A stretch of DNA of 64,000 nucleotides from Spirochaetia bacterium. Lineage in GTDB: Bacteria; Spirochaetota; Spirochaetia; UBA9216. This document shows positions 30,490-39,989 of this stretch, piece after piece. Both the position numbers and the translations under genes were made by a program. The stretch spans positions 96,001-160,000 of the forward strand of contig OZ223270.1 of assembly GCA_965140585.1 (NCBI GenBank). The letters run 5' to 3'. Each line of letters begins with the position of its first letter. Position 1 is the stretch's first letter. The notes beneath the pieces were generated by a model. It had not been told where the DNA came from. It did not search any database and saw only the letters and a program-made list of their open reading frames with translations.

Positions 30490-31118
30490 ATCTGCAAATA
30501 GAGTTTCTCCATCACCAGTAAATACACCTCTTTCAGATTTTCAGAAGGCAGAAGCAGAGGGGAGGGTTCATTTTTTATTTGGTTTTTCCAAAAATCAATA
30601 TTAAAAATACATAAGGAATTCGCTTTATAATCTGTTAATTCAAATGAAAGTTTGTTAGTATTATACAACTCAGAAATGGCTCTGGATAATAAATGTTTAG
30701 AGTGAAGATCTATTAAAATATGATGTTGAATAATGCAAAAATAGTTTAAATTATCATCAAGATTAATTAATCTTGCTTCCAAAGGGAGTTCAGTATTTTC
30801 TAAAAAAAATTTCTGGTTAGATAATTTCTGAATATATTCTTTAGCCTCTGAATCTGAGCTCATTGAAACTACTTTAAGTTCATTATCTGGTAAGGCTCCA
30901 AAAACAGCTTGGAATACAGTATTCCAAGACTTAAATAGCCTATCCTGATCCAATTTATTAGATATTCTACAACATAGCACAATATTATACGCAATATCTG
31001 TTTTATACAGCGCGTTGATAGTTTTAAAATGCATTTGATTAATGGTAATATTATTATTCATTTTACTTTTAACCCTTATTATAAATTGTGAAATAACATA
31101 ACTCGGGGAACATATCAA
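30462..31118 (-). pseudogene. N-terminal half of the same NRPS condensation domain, split by a 1-nt frameshift (real or sequencing error)
   Basis: QHHILID (HHxxxD), FWKNQI, LLLPS; the other frame continues RGVFTGDGETLFADMPDW from about 30530. Confidence 0.75.
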
Positions 31119-31188
31119 AATTCTTAACCTTATATACTGAGAAAACTCCAGAAAACTTAATTTTCAAGGTTAATTAGATATATAACCT

Positions 31189-31692
31189 TTATATAGGCTG
31201 TATTCTTGCTGGAACTCCAATAGCAATAGAATTATCAGGAACATCAATCAGAACAACAGCATTAGCTCCAATTTTAACATTGTTACCAACTTTTATACCA
31301 CCTAATATTTTTGCTCCGGTCCCAACATCAACATTATTTCCAAAAATCGGTGCTTTTTTCTCTTCAATATTTTTTAATCCTATAGTTACCCCGTTTCTAA
31401 TTATACAATTATCACCAAATTGTGCATATCCACTTATGACTATCCCTCCCTGATGATCTATTCTAAATTTTTCTCCTATTTCAACTGTACAAGGAAGCTC
31501 AATACCTTTCCCTTTAATGTAAAAGAATAGAATTTTATAGATCAGCGAAAAAGGTTTTCTGAAAAATCTTATTTTTATTTTATATCGCCATCTACCAAAA
31601 CGATAGATGACCATTGCAATAAATCCCCATTCAATTTTATTAGAATATATGTGAAAATCTTTTTTTATATTCTCAAACATACTAATTCTCAT
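31189..31692 (-). CDS. Serine O-acetyltransferase-like LbH acetyltransferase (EPS O-acetylase type)
   Basis: IDHQGGIVI, GVTIG, GTGAKILG, IGANAVV, GVPAR hexapeptide repeats. Confidence 0.88.
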   Translation of the reverse strand: MRISMFENIKKDFHIYSNKIEWGFIAMVIYRFGRWRYKIKIRFFRKPFSLIYKILFFYIKGKGIELPCTVEIGEKFRIDHQGGIVISGYAQFGDNCIIRNGVTIGLKNIEEKKAPIFGNNVDVGTGAKILGGIKVGNNVKIGANAVVLIDVPDNSIAIGVPARIQPI

Positions 31693-32676
31693 TTAGCTAC
31701 TCCAGGGCCTTTCTGGCGATACCAGCCCACCCTTTGTATTACCCCATGCTTTTTTAATAAGCTCTATAATTATACGTGAATCCTCGGCTTTTTGGCTATT
31801 TCTATTTTTCAATATCCGCAGTAGATTCCATGATGATTCAAGGAGCTTAATACTCAATGTAACAAAAAAACCATAATTTTTTCGAAAATACAAAAATTGG
31901 CTCTGGAGTTGCCATAATATCATTTGTTTTCCAGTTTTAGATACTTTTTCAGCCGAAAATATTGTAGTAGAGGCTCCCCCCAAGTGAATTACCTCCACTT
32001 TTGGAAAATATAAAATTTTCCAATCATTTCTCTTTAAGCGAAGACACATATCAACTTCTTCAGAATACAGGAAGAATCTTTCGTCAAAAATTTCACATCC
32101 TATGGCCTCTCGACGAATTAAAGAAAAAGCACCTGGCACCCAGTCGCACTCAAATTCAACATTCTGGTCCATATATGTCATATCTGGTCTACCAAATATT
32201 AAAGATTCTGGGTATTTAGATGACAGCCCACTTAATATAAAAAAATTATTGAAAACATTAGGAAAACTACGCGCAGAGGGTTGCCATTCATTTTTCGGTC
32301 CGACCAATTTAGCACCTATCAAACCAATATCATCATTTTCTTTTATTTTTCTAAGAGAATTTTTAAGACCGTCACCTTTAATAAAAGCATCTGAATTTAA
32401 AAGAAGGATATAATCACCTTGAGCCTCTTTATAGGCTAGGTTATTTGCGCCTGCAAATCCAATATTTTTACTGCTCTGTATGAGTTTTACATTTGGGAAT
32501 TCAGCCTTAACCATCTCACTTGAATTATCACTTGAAAAATTATCAACAACTATAATTTCACATTTTAGTCCAAGTGAAACGCGTTGACAGTCTTTAATAC
32601 ATCTCCTAAGCAATTCTTTAGTATTAAATGAAACAATAATAATTGATAATTCTAAATTCATACTACCTCTCAACAC
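31693..32676 (-). CDS. GT2 glycosyltransferase
   Basis: IIIVSFN, VVDNFSSD, NIGFAGANN, LLNSDA, FFLYSEEVD. Confidence 0.92.
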   Translation of the reverse strand: MLRGSMNLELSIIIVSFNTKELLRRCIKDCQRVSLGLKCEIIVVDNFSSDNSSEMVKAEFPNVKLIQSSKNIGFAGANNLAYKEAQGDYILLLNSDAFIKGDGLKNSLRKIKENDDIGLIGAKLVGPKNEWQPSARSFPNVFNNFFILSGLSSKYPESLIFGRPDMTYMDQNVEFECDWVPGAFSLIRREAIGCEIFDERFFLYSEEVDMCLRLKRNDWKILYFPKVEVIHLGGASTTIFSAEKVSKTGKQMILWQLQSQFLYFRKNYGFFVTLSIKLLESSWNLLRILKNRNSQKAEDSRIIIELIKKAWGNTKGGLVSPERPWSS

Positions 32677-32767
32677 AAATAAAACAGAAAAAATATAAGA
32701 ATAAAAAGAGTTAAATCATTCTTACTCTTTATATATCCATGAATTAAACTTTAAAACCCTCTCACTT

Positions 32768-34858
32768 TTATTTAATTACATTTAACCACGATATATGTGG
32801 TAATGTTTCACCATGTCTATAATGCCATACACCGTCTGAATAAATAAACCCATTATCTCGAAAAACATTTCTACAAGGCATGTTACGCTCTAACTCTATA
32901 ATCTCACCTTTGATAGGTATAGAATCGCAAGCCATTTTTAGTTCAGTAAGCATAGCAGTTTCAATTTTGTATCCAAAAACACGACATGATAATACAAAAT
33001 AATCAATTGAATAAAATTCTTTATATTTAGTTGCTATAATACAACTTATTATACCAGCATAACCAAATTTATCATCATACTCACCTATAAGCATTATTGC
33101 TTCTTTTGAATTATACATTTCTCGTATTTCACTTTGTGATATCTTAACTCCGCGTGTATTAAATTGATTAGTCTTACTAATCAACTCTTCAACTCTTTTT
33201 AATTCTTTTAATTCAGGTCTTCGTATCTTTAGATTAATTTCCAATTTTTTAAATCTTTCTTCCATAGAAAAATCATCTTGACTAGAGGATTTGGATAAAA
33301 AATGTTCCCTTTTTGTCCGTTCCTGATACTGCCGTGTTTTATCAACTGAATTATTCGCATCCAGCATCTCATACCAGAGATTAAAACGCTCCCAAGTAAC
33401 CTCATCGTTTGGGTCAAGACAAAGCATTTCTGGATATATTTCATTAGCCATAGCTCTTTCATCACTTCTGTCATCAATAAAAACATAATCTTTTGTAGTA
33501 ATATTTAAATCTTCAACCATATTTTTAAAACCTTCTACTTTTGGCTGCCAACTAATCTGTTGATAAACAAAATCAGATTCTGATAAGCATCCGCCATTCC
33601 ATTTAACATTTTCGGGATCATTTTTTGAATTCACCGATAGAATAATCCCTCTACTTTTCAATTTAAGGAGTATATTTTGTCTCTCTGTATAATGCACCAC
33701 ATCACCCTCACCAATAACACCAGCCCAAAGAGTCTCATCTAAATCACATACCACCATTTTTTTGCCTTTTAAATAGATTGCTACAAAAATAATATCAATA
33801 TAATGATATGCAATAATTCTAGAAAAATATGCTGGGTGACTAAGTTTAGAGTAGTGTAGATAACGTCCAAGCTTAAACGAGGAGTATCCAGAAGACAACC
33901 TTAGTTCATCAACGATATATATATGTTTGAACGATTGCTCATTAAAATGTTTAATAGAATCTGATATCCAGGTATTTATTTTTACTTTTAAGTACTTGCT
34001 TACTTTTCCTAATAAGGTATTGTTTATGAATCTCTTTAAAGGGTTGTCGCCTCTAATTATATTAGCAGTATTATGAACAAAAATAGCACAATCAAATGTA
34101 TCGGCTAATAAACCAATAATCTTCTTGATATCAATCAAAGTAGTCGCTAGAATTGATTCTATTTCTTTTTTCTTAAATCTTAAAGAGCTAAGTTTTAAAA
34201 ATTGATAATAGTTAGGATCAAAAGAGTATGTTAATGGACTATAAAATACAAAATCAAATTTTTTATTTGATAATTCACTTAAAGAATTAAGTAATTCAAA
34301 ATGATTCTTTGATGTAGCATATGTGGGCCTTATAGTAACCCCTAGATCTTTTAGCTCAGGAACAGCGAAGGACACTATATCCATAAAAACACAGTCACCA
34401 ATAAATAAAACATCAATAACTTTTTCTGTCTTAGACATTATAACTGAATAAATTTCTTCGATAATTTCAAAAAATTTTTCATATTCTTTTTCATTAAGTT
34501 GATTTTTAGCTAATTTTTTAAAAATTAAAATGTCTTTTTCTAAATTATTTTTTTTATTAATTTCATAAATACTTTCATCTACAGATTTGTCATAAATAAG
34601 TTTGAGTTTTTCACCCACATACAGTGATATGTATACAGGATCCAAACTTTCAAAGTATTTTTTTAGATATATAGGGAATATCATATATTCGCGTTCGACA
34701 TACTCTTCAATCACATCATTACTAACCGCCTTTGCATGCTGCTCATTCCAGCGTGGTAGAACATTGGCATTTTGCGCGAGAAGATTTGCAATTTCTGTTT
34801 TATTATGTTGAACAAATCGTTTTATGCGAGTTGAATGTTTCATTTTTATTTTTTCCAT
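32768..34858 (-). CDS. FkbH-like HAD-IIIC protein (glyceryl-ACP forming)
   Basis: DLDETLWAG, SKND, VFIDD, KTNQFN, DKFG, LSCRVFG. Confidence 0.9.
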   Translation of the reverse strand: MEKIKMKHSTRIKRFVQHNKTEIANLLAQNANVLPRWNEQHAKAVSNDVIEEYVEREYMIFPIYLKKYFESLDPVYISLYVGEKLKLIYDKSVDESIYEINKKNNLEKDILIFKKLAKNQLNEKEYEKFFEIIEEIYSVIMSKTEKVIDVLFIGDCVFMDIVSFAVPELKDLGVTIRPTYATSKNHFELLNSLSELSNKKFDFVFYSPLTYSFDPNYYQFLKLSSLRFKKKEIESILATTLIDIKKIIGLLADTFDCAIFVHNTANIIRGDNPLKRFINNTLLGKVSKYLKVKINTWISDSIKHFNEQSFKHIYIVDELRLSSGYSSFKLGRYLHYSKLSHPAYFSRIIAYHYIDIIFVAIYLKGKKMVVCDLDETLWAGVIGEGDVVHYTERQNILLKLKSRGIILSVNSKNDPENVKWNGGCLSESDFVYQQISWQPKVEGFKNMVEDLNITTKDYVFIDDRSDERAMANEIYPEMLCLDPNDEVTWERFNLWYEMLDANNSVDKTRQYQERTKREHFLSKSSSQDDFSMEERFKKLEINLKIRRPELKELKRVEELISKTNQFNTRGVKISQSEIREMYNSKEAIMLIGEYDDKFGYAGIISCIIATKYKEFYSIDYFVLSCRVFGYKIETAMLTELKMACDSIPIKGEIIELERNMPCRNVFRDNGFIYSDGVWHYRHGETLPHISWLNVIK

Positions 34859-35026
34859 GTATATGATATTTCATAAGTGATTCTCGCTTATCATATTCTA
34901 TTCAATTTTCAAACATGACAAGACAATGTAAACTTAGAATAATTTTCTCCAAGAAAATATACTAAGAACTCAATTTGAACAATCTCAATCGACTTTACTC
35001 TCTTATTTTGGCAGATTCAATTGCCT

Positions 35027-36154
35027 TTAAAATCTGAGAACTTCTTCTTTTTCAACTTTTTCCCATGTGTAATTTTGCGCTTGTTCCTTTGCATTTTTTG
35101 AAAAAAGATTACGCAATTCTATATTATCTACCATTTCCTTTAACGCAGAAATCCAATCATTTTTATTTAAAGGATCTAATATATATCCATCAACTCTATC
35201 TCGAACAATCCCCGCTGATCCCATCGATGTAGCTAAAACAGCTAACCCTCGAGACATAGCTTCATAGGTCACAAGAGGACTGCCTTCTTCAAGAGAGGGC
35301 ATCAAAAAGACGTCACATTCTGAATAAATTTTTCCAATATCATTTACAAAATCCAGGTATTCAACATCTTCTCTTTTAAAAAAGTGTTCACATAGTTCCT
35401 TTACATAACCATCTTCAATATCTCCGGCTATTACCAAGCTAGCATCCACACCAGATTCATTCCATGCATCAAAAAGCAAAGGAATTCCTTTTCGCAAGCA
35501 TACAAAACCGACAAATAAGAATTTTATCTTTTTTTTTCTCTTAATGAAATTCTCATTTTTTAATCGAGCACTTGACCAACCATAACTTGAATCTAATATT
35601 TTACATTCAGGTACTCCAGATTCTATTAATGATTTCCTAACATCTGGAGAAGGTGAAAATATAAAATCAGCTAATTCTTTTTCACTTCTTTCTTGCTTGA
35701 TACATTCTTCTGATATCCCATGAGTTACTGGAAGATTTAGTCGCTTGTATTCTTTCGCAAGTAATTTAGAGGCATATGCTGTATGTGTATTAATATTTTC
35801 AGATACTATAATGCATCCAATATCTTTTATTTTCCTAATAGTCTTTGTGCTTACTCCAGGCCATAAGTATACAATATCATCCTTATCCAACTTCTTCAGA
35901 AAAATATGCTCTGTAATCTTATTAAGTGTTTCAGTTTTGAAAAACTTATAGGCAATTCTTTTCAAAATTCCATTTAAAGCACTGTGATAAAATTCATGAT
36001 TTACTGAATCATCTGAAGCAGTCCCCAAAACGCTTACATTAAAAACATCGTTATTTATTCCTTCAGCGATCGATAAACACGTATACCCTGGTCCTCTTTC
36101 ACGAAAATAAAGCGGGAAGATTATCTTCAAATTCATTAAATGAGCTCCTTTCAC
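35027..36154 (-). CDS. GT4 glycosyltransferase
   Basis: FVG..RKG, PSLEEGSPLVTYEAM. Confidence 0.9.
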   Translation of the reverse strand: MKGAHLMNLKIIFPLYFRERGPGYTCLSIAEGINNDVFNVSVLGTASDDSVNHEFYHSALNGILKRIAYKFFKTETLNKITEHIFLKKLDKDDIVYLWPGVSTKTIRKIKDIGCIIVSENINTHTAYASKLLAKEYKRLNLPVTHGISEECIKQERSEKELADFIFSPSPDVRKSLIESGVPECKILDSSYGWSSARLKNENFIKRKKKIKFLFVGFVCLRKGIPLLFDAWNESGVDASLVIAGDIEDGYVKELCEHFFKREDVEYLDFVNDIGKIYSECDVFLMPSLEEGSPLVTYEAMSRGLAVLATSMGSAGIVRDRVDGYILDPLNKNDWISALKEMVDNIELRNLFSKNAKEQAQNYTWEKVEKEEVLRF

Positions 36155-36171
36155 ATTACAATTTTAATTGA

Positions 36172-37092
36172 TTAAAAAATTCTATCTTCTTTAATCTTCC
36201 AAGGTTTTTGAAAGAATAAAAAGTAAAAAAAACCAAAATCAACCTTAACAACTTTTAATATATTATAAATCAATTTCATGATCGAGAGAGGTTTGAGTGA
36301 TAAATGATAACTACAATTATAATACCAGTATCGAAATCGATGCCTAATGAGTCTTTCCTTTATTAAATTTTTAACCTCTATCTGCTTACTGAAATCTTCT
36401 TTTAATAACTTATGTATCAATATAACTCCAAATTTATAAACCTTTAATCCGCTTTTTGTAATCGAATTTTCTACAGGTCTGTAAATCGCATGACCACCTT
36501 CAGTTCTAACAACTTTTCCACCATTTAAAACTATACTTATCCGGAGACTGGAATCAGCAAAGGCTTTCATCGTTTCATCAAATCCACCATATTTTTTAAC
36601 AGTTGTAGCTCTGTACATTTCACAAGCAGGAAAAGGTGGGGCTTTCAGAAGGAATAGTTCTATGGGAGTTGACGGCGTATCTGGCCAGTTAGATTTAGAA
36701 AGGTCAGATAGTGAGCCATTTTCCTTCACATAAAGATTATCCGAACAGCAAATATCTATTACTGGCCACTTTTTAAAAGTATCTATCTGCTTTTCTATAA
36801 GATCATTTGAAATCCAATCATCAGAGTCAAGAAAAATTAGAAATTCACCTGAGGCATGGTTAATTCCATTATTTCGAGCAGAACTCACTCCAGAATTATC
36901 TTGATAAATATACTTGACATCTTCTCCATAACTTTTAACAACTTCTGCAGAACGATCTTGAGAACCATCATCAATTACGATTATTTCAATATTGTCATAA
37001 GTTTGTGTTAACACACTGTCAATGGCATCTTTTATATAACGCTCCCTATTATAACAAGGGATTATGACGCTTACTAAAACACTTTCTTCCAT
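36172..37092 (-). CDS. GT2 glycosyltransferase
   Basis: VIIPCYN, IDDGSQD, ARNNG, FLDSDD. Confidence 0.92.
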   Translation of the reverse strand: MEESVLVSVIIPCYNRERYIKDAIDSVLTQTYDNIEIIVIDDGSQDRSAEVVKSYGEDVKYIYQDNSGVSSARNNGINHASGEFLIFLDSDDWISNDLIEKQIDTFKKWPVIDICCSDNLYVKENGSLSDLSKSNWPDTPSTPIELFLLKAPPFPACEMYRATTVKKYGGFDETMKAFADSSLRISIVLNGGKVVRTEGGHAIYRPVENSITKSGLKVYKFGVILIHKLLKEDFSKQIEVKNLIKERLIRHRFRYWYYNCSYHLSLKPLSIMKLIYNILKVVKVDFGFFYFLFFQKPWKIKEDRIF

Positions 37093-37312
37093 AAATAAAT
37101 CATCTCCATTTTTTTGCTTAGGCAGCCTTCAACTCTTATCTTACAATATTTTCCAAAGAATTTAATTCCTGTTTAAAAAGATTTCAACAAATTAATCCTT
37201 TTTATCGATACTTCTATTGAGGTTTATTCTATTTTTTAGGATTGTATAACTTAAAATTAGTTTTAATTGAAAAAACTTTTTATAATATCATTTTAATTAA
37301 ATTTTCAAACTT

Positions 37313-39088
37313 TTAGTATATTACCTTTATCCCACTAGGCTTTACACTCTGTCGACCACTCCAAAAATTATATTCTATAGCCCCAATATCCGGTAGACTA
37401 TCTCGTAATTTTCCTAAAGCGTCTACAGGAAAATAATTAAGAGGCAAACGATCTACTAAAGGAGAAGTATCACTTTTAGGCATTCCAATATATTTTATAT
37501 CATCAGTAGAAGTGATAATTTCAGGATCCCCTATAGATTGAGAAACATCAGGATCAGAGTCTGGCGATTTAGCTCTATAGTGAGGGCGTTTATCACTACC
37601 AATCCCCTCTCCAGTAACTGCGGAATACTGAAAATGATTATTAAGAAATACATTCCCTTCACTATTTCCAGGCAGAGTCCAATCAGGATCTACATAATCA
37701 GATTCACTAAAATCAAGCCACTCATCAAACAAACAACCAATCATAGAGGAATTAGTCCATCCGCTACCCATATAATAAAACCAACCACCAAGGAAAGTAC
37801 AGTTCCACAAAAGAACATGATCCCAGTTCCCTACCATCCCTCCAGCATCAAGAATTATCTTTTGAGTCGAATTGTCAAAGTCATAACGTCCAGGACCGCG
37901 CATCTCAATCAGAACATTTACAAATGCAATATTAGTATTACTAGTATGGTCAATATTATTATCTATATAAAAGCCTTGATAATGGCAATTTGTCGCATGA
38001 AGTCCATAGATGATAAAGTTATCTTTATCATATCTCCACATTTGGTATACATCAGCATGGTTGTATGTGTCTTCTGGATCAATGTCATCAACTGTGCAGT
38101 TGATAACACACTCAACATTCTGAAAAGCATCATTTGCTATGTGCTCAATATCACATCCACGGCAAAAATATGCTTCACGAAAAGCCATATCGACATTATA
38201 GACATAGCAGTCTGTGAACCAGCAAGGGTAATCACTTCTAGAAACACCGTCACGTCTTATTGGGCTACTATCTGTAACTGTCCGATTAAAACCGATTATA
38301 TCTACATTATCACACCATAGGTTTGAAGGACTATGCCATGTAATTCTATTTTTTGTTACTTTGTTTGAAATAGTCAAATCCTTAAAACACCCCCAAGTGG
38401 TACCATGGGCAGTACCACCAGTATCAATTATAACATTCTCTTTAGACGCTCCAGGTGCTTTTGTAAAATAAATCCACTCATCAACAGTTAATGTCGAATA
38501 AGTATAGGAAGTACCTAAAGTCCACGCCCCCTCTTCAAGATATATTTTAGCTCCATCACATTTTGATTCATTTGACAATGCCTGAACAGCATTTATTGCT
38601 GCTAAAATTGTTTCAAACGGACGCTCGGGGTTCCCAACTAACCCGGTAGAATCATTACCATTATGATTATCACACCAGACTTCATATGCCTCTAATGTCC
38701 CAGCACCATCTACTATCAATATTAAGGGGTCTAATTCTTTTACACCACCATCCTTTCCTGTAACAGTAGCGACAATCGAAATTTTCCCACTACCAGTAAA
38801 ATCTGACGGATCTAAAGTAATAAAATATTCCCAAACATCTGTTCTTGTATTCAATTCCATTGAAAATACTTTTTGTGTTGATGGACCCGCATATCCTTGC
38901 CCACTCACATCGAAGGAAACATCTAAAACTCCAGCTTTGGAAAAGGCAACAACTCCAGCGTCAAAGTTTTTTTCGATACGTTGATGCGGAACAACATCCC
39001 ATCGCGCTATTGGAATTACTGCAAAAATAAACATCGGTAAGATGAATAGATTCAAAAATATAAAAATTGATTTCCTTGATATAGCCAT
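37313..39088 (-). CDS. Secreted parallel beta-helix (pectin lyase-like) protein
   Basis: Signal peptide; GND..G...PFETI; NDAF, HADVYQ; C-terminal D..G..R...PDIGAIEY. Confidence 0.65.
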   Translation of the reverse strand: MAISRKSIFIFLNLFILPMFIFAVIPIARWDVVPHQRIEKNFDAGVVAFSKAGVLDVSFDVSGQGYAGPSTQKVFSMELNTRTDVWEYFITLDPSDFTGSGKISIVATVTGKDGGVKELDPLILIVDGAGTLEAYEVWCDNHNGNDSTGLVGNPERPFETILAAINAVQALSNESKCDGAKIYLEEGAWTLGTSYTYSTLTVDEWIYFTKAPGASKENVIIDTGGTAHGTTWGCFKDLTISNKVTKNRITWHSPSNLWCDNVDIIGFNRTVTDSSPIRRDGVSRSDYPCWFTDCYVYNVDMAFREAYFCRGCDIEHIANDAFQNVECVINCTVDDIDPEDTYNHADVYQMWRYDKDNFIIYGLHATNCHYQGFYIDNNIDHTSNTNIAFVNVLIEMRGPGRYDFDNSTQKIILDAGGMVGNWDHVLLWNCTFLGGWFYYMGSGWTNSSMIGCLFDEWLDFSESDYVDPDWTLPGNSEGNVFLNNHFQYSAVTGEGIGSDKRPHYRAKSPDSDPDVSQSIGDPEIITSTDDIKYIGMPKSDTSPLVDRLPLNYFPVDALGKLRDSLPDIGAIEYNFWSGRQSVKPSGIKVIY

Positions 39089-39138
39089 GTCTCTCCCTCC
39101 GAATAGTATTATTTAATATCGATGACCTTGTCAAAGGA

Positions 39139-39155
39139 AGCAAAATATATGCCAA
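39139..39155 (-). promoter_or_regulatory. Sigma-54 -24/-12 promoter
   Basis: TTGGCATATATTTTGCT, GG-N10-GC, about 50 bp before the ATG. Confidence 0.85.
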
Positions 39156-39250
39156 CACTACACAAAACATCAACACTTATAACTACTTATAATTTAACAA
39201 GATACATTTTTTTCATTTTATTAATAGTTATTAAAATGGTACTCTTTTCA

Positions 39251-39285
39251 TTTCAAAACGGTAAATAAGTTTCAAATTTGTAATT
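39251..39285. promoter_or_regulatory. Tandem candidate bEBP enhancer sites
   Basis: TTTCAA-AACG-GTAAAT (39251) and TTTCAA-ATTT-GTAATT (39270). Confidence 0.6.
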
Positions 39286-39339
39286 AAGGAAAATTTAACT
39301 AAATACTAAGTCTATATAATTAGAATATGATTTTAAAGT

Positions 39340-39948
39340 CTATTTATCTTTAAAAAAGTAACGAACTCGCTGCTTTACCAACTCATCTTCTAAGGAGTAG
39401 TAATCTTCCTCATCATTCCGTTTAGAAATAAGATCGTACCAAGGATATTGAAGAGTTTGATTTTCTATTTTTGAAATATAATCATTAGTTTTACCAATGA
39501 ATTTCGCAGGTACTCCGCCAACGATAGTACCACTTTCTACATTTTCATTTACGACGGCCCCTGCGGCAACAATACAGTTGTCCCCAATTGTTACATCCGG
39601 TAGAATAATCGCTCCTTGTCCAATAAAACAATTATTACCGATAATTATCGGACCAACCTTATCAAGAATCTTTCCTGTCGACACTGCAAAAACAGCAACA
39701 GAAGCATCATGTCCTATCAGACTGCAATTGGATAAACAGCAATTATTCCCAATTGAAAAATATTTTGGATCTGTAAAGATCGCACCTCTATTAATTACAG
39801 TTCCCTCACCTAAATGATACAAAAATCCTCTAGCCCTGATGTAATCTGCATATTCAGCATTGCCCGGATTATTAATCTTTAGATATAACCTAGTTAATTT
39901 GCCCTTTTTAAAAGCAAAATATTTTAATAAACTCTTAATCAAACCCAT
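39340..39948 (-). CDS. LbH (hexapeptide) acyltransferase
   Basis: IGHD, IIIGNNCFIG, VTIGDNCIVAAGAVV, GGVPAK. Confidence 0.9.
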   Translation of the reverse strand: MGLIKSLLKYFAFKKGKLTRLYLKINNPGNAEYADYIRARGFLYHLGEGTVINRGAIFTDPKYFSIGNNCCLSNCSLIGHDASVAVFAVSTGKILDKVGPIIIGNNCFIGQGAIILPDVTIGDNCIVAAGAVVNENVESGTIVGGVPAKFIGKTNDYISKIENQTLQYPWYDLISKRNDEEDYYSLEDELVKQRVRYFFKDK

Positions 39949-39989
39949 TAAAATTCTCCAATTTACAAGTATACACGCCTATACTTCAA

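Noticed and set aside
37538-38320. 260-aa antisense ORF, and similar shadows such as 1262..1816, 43993..44481 and 63376..63660
   Set aside because: They overlap well-supported genes on the opposite strand and show no recognisable motifs
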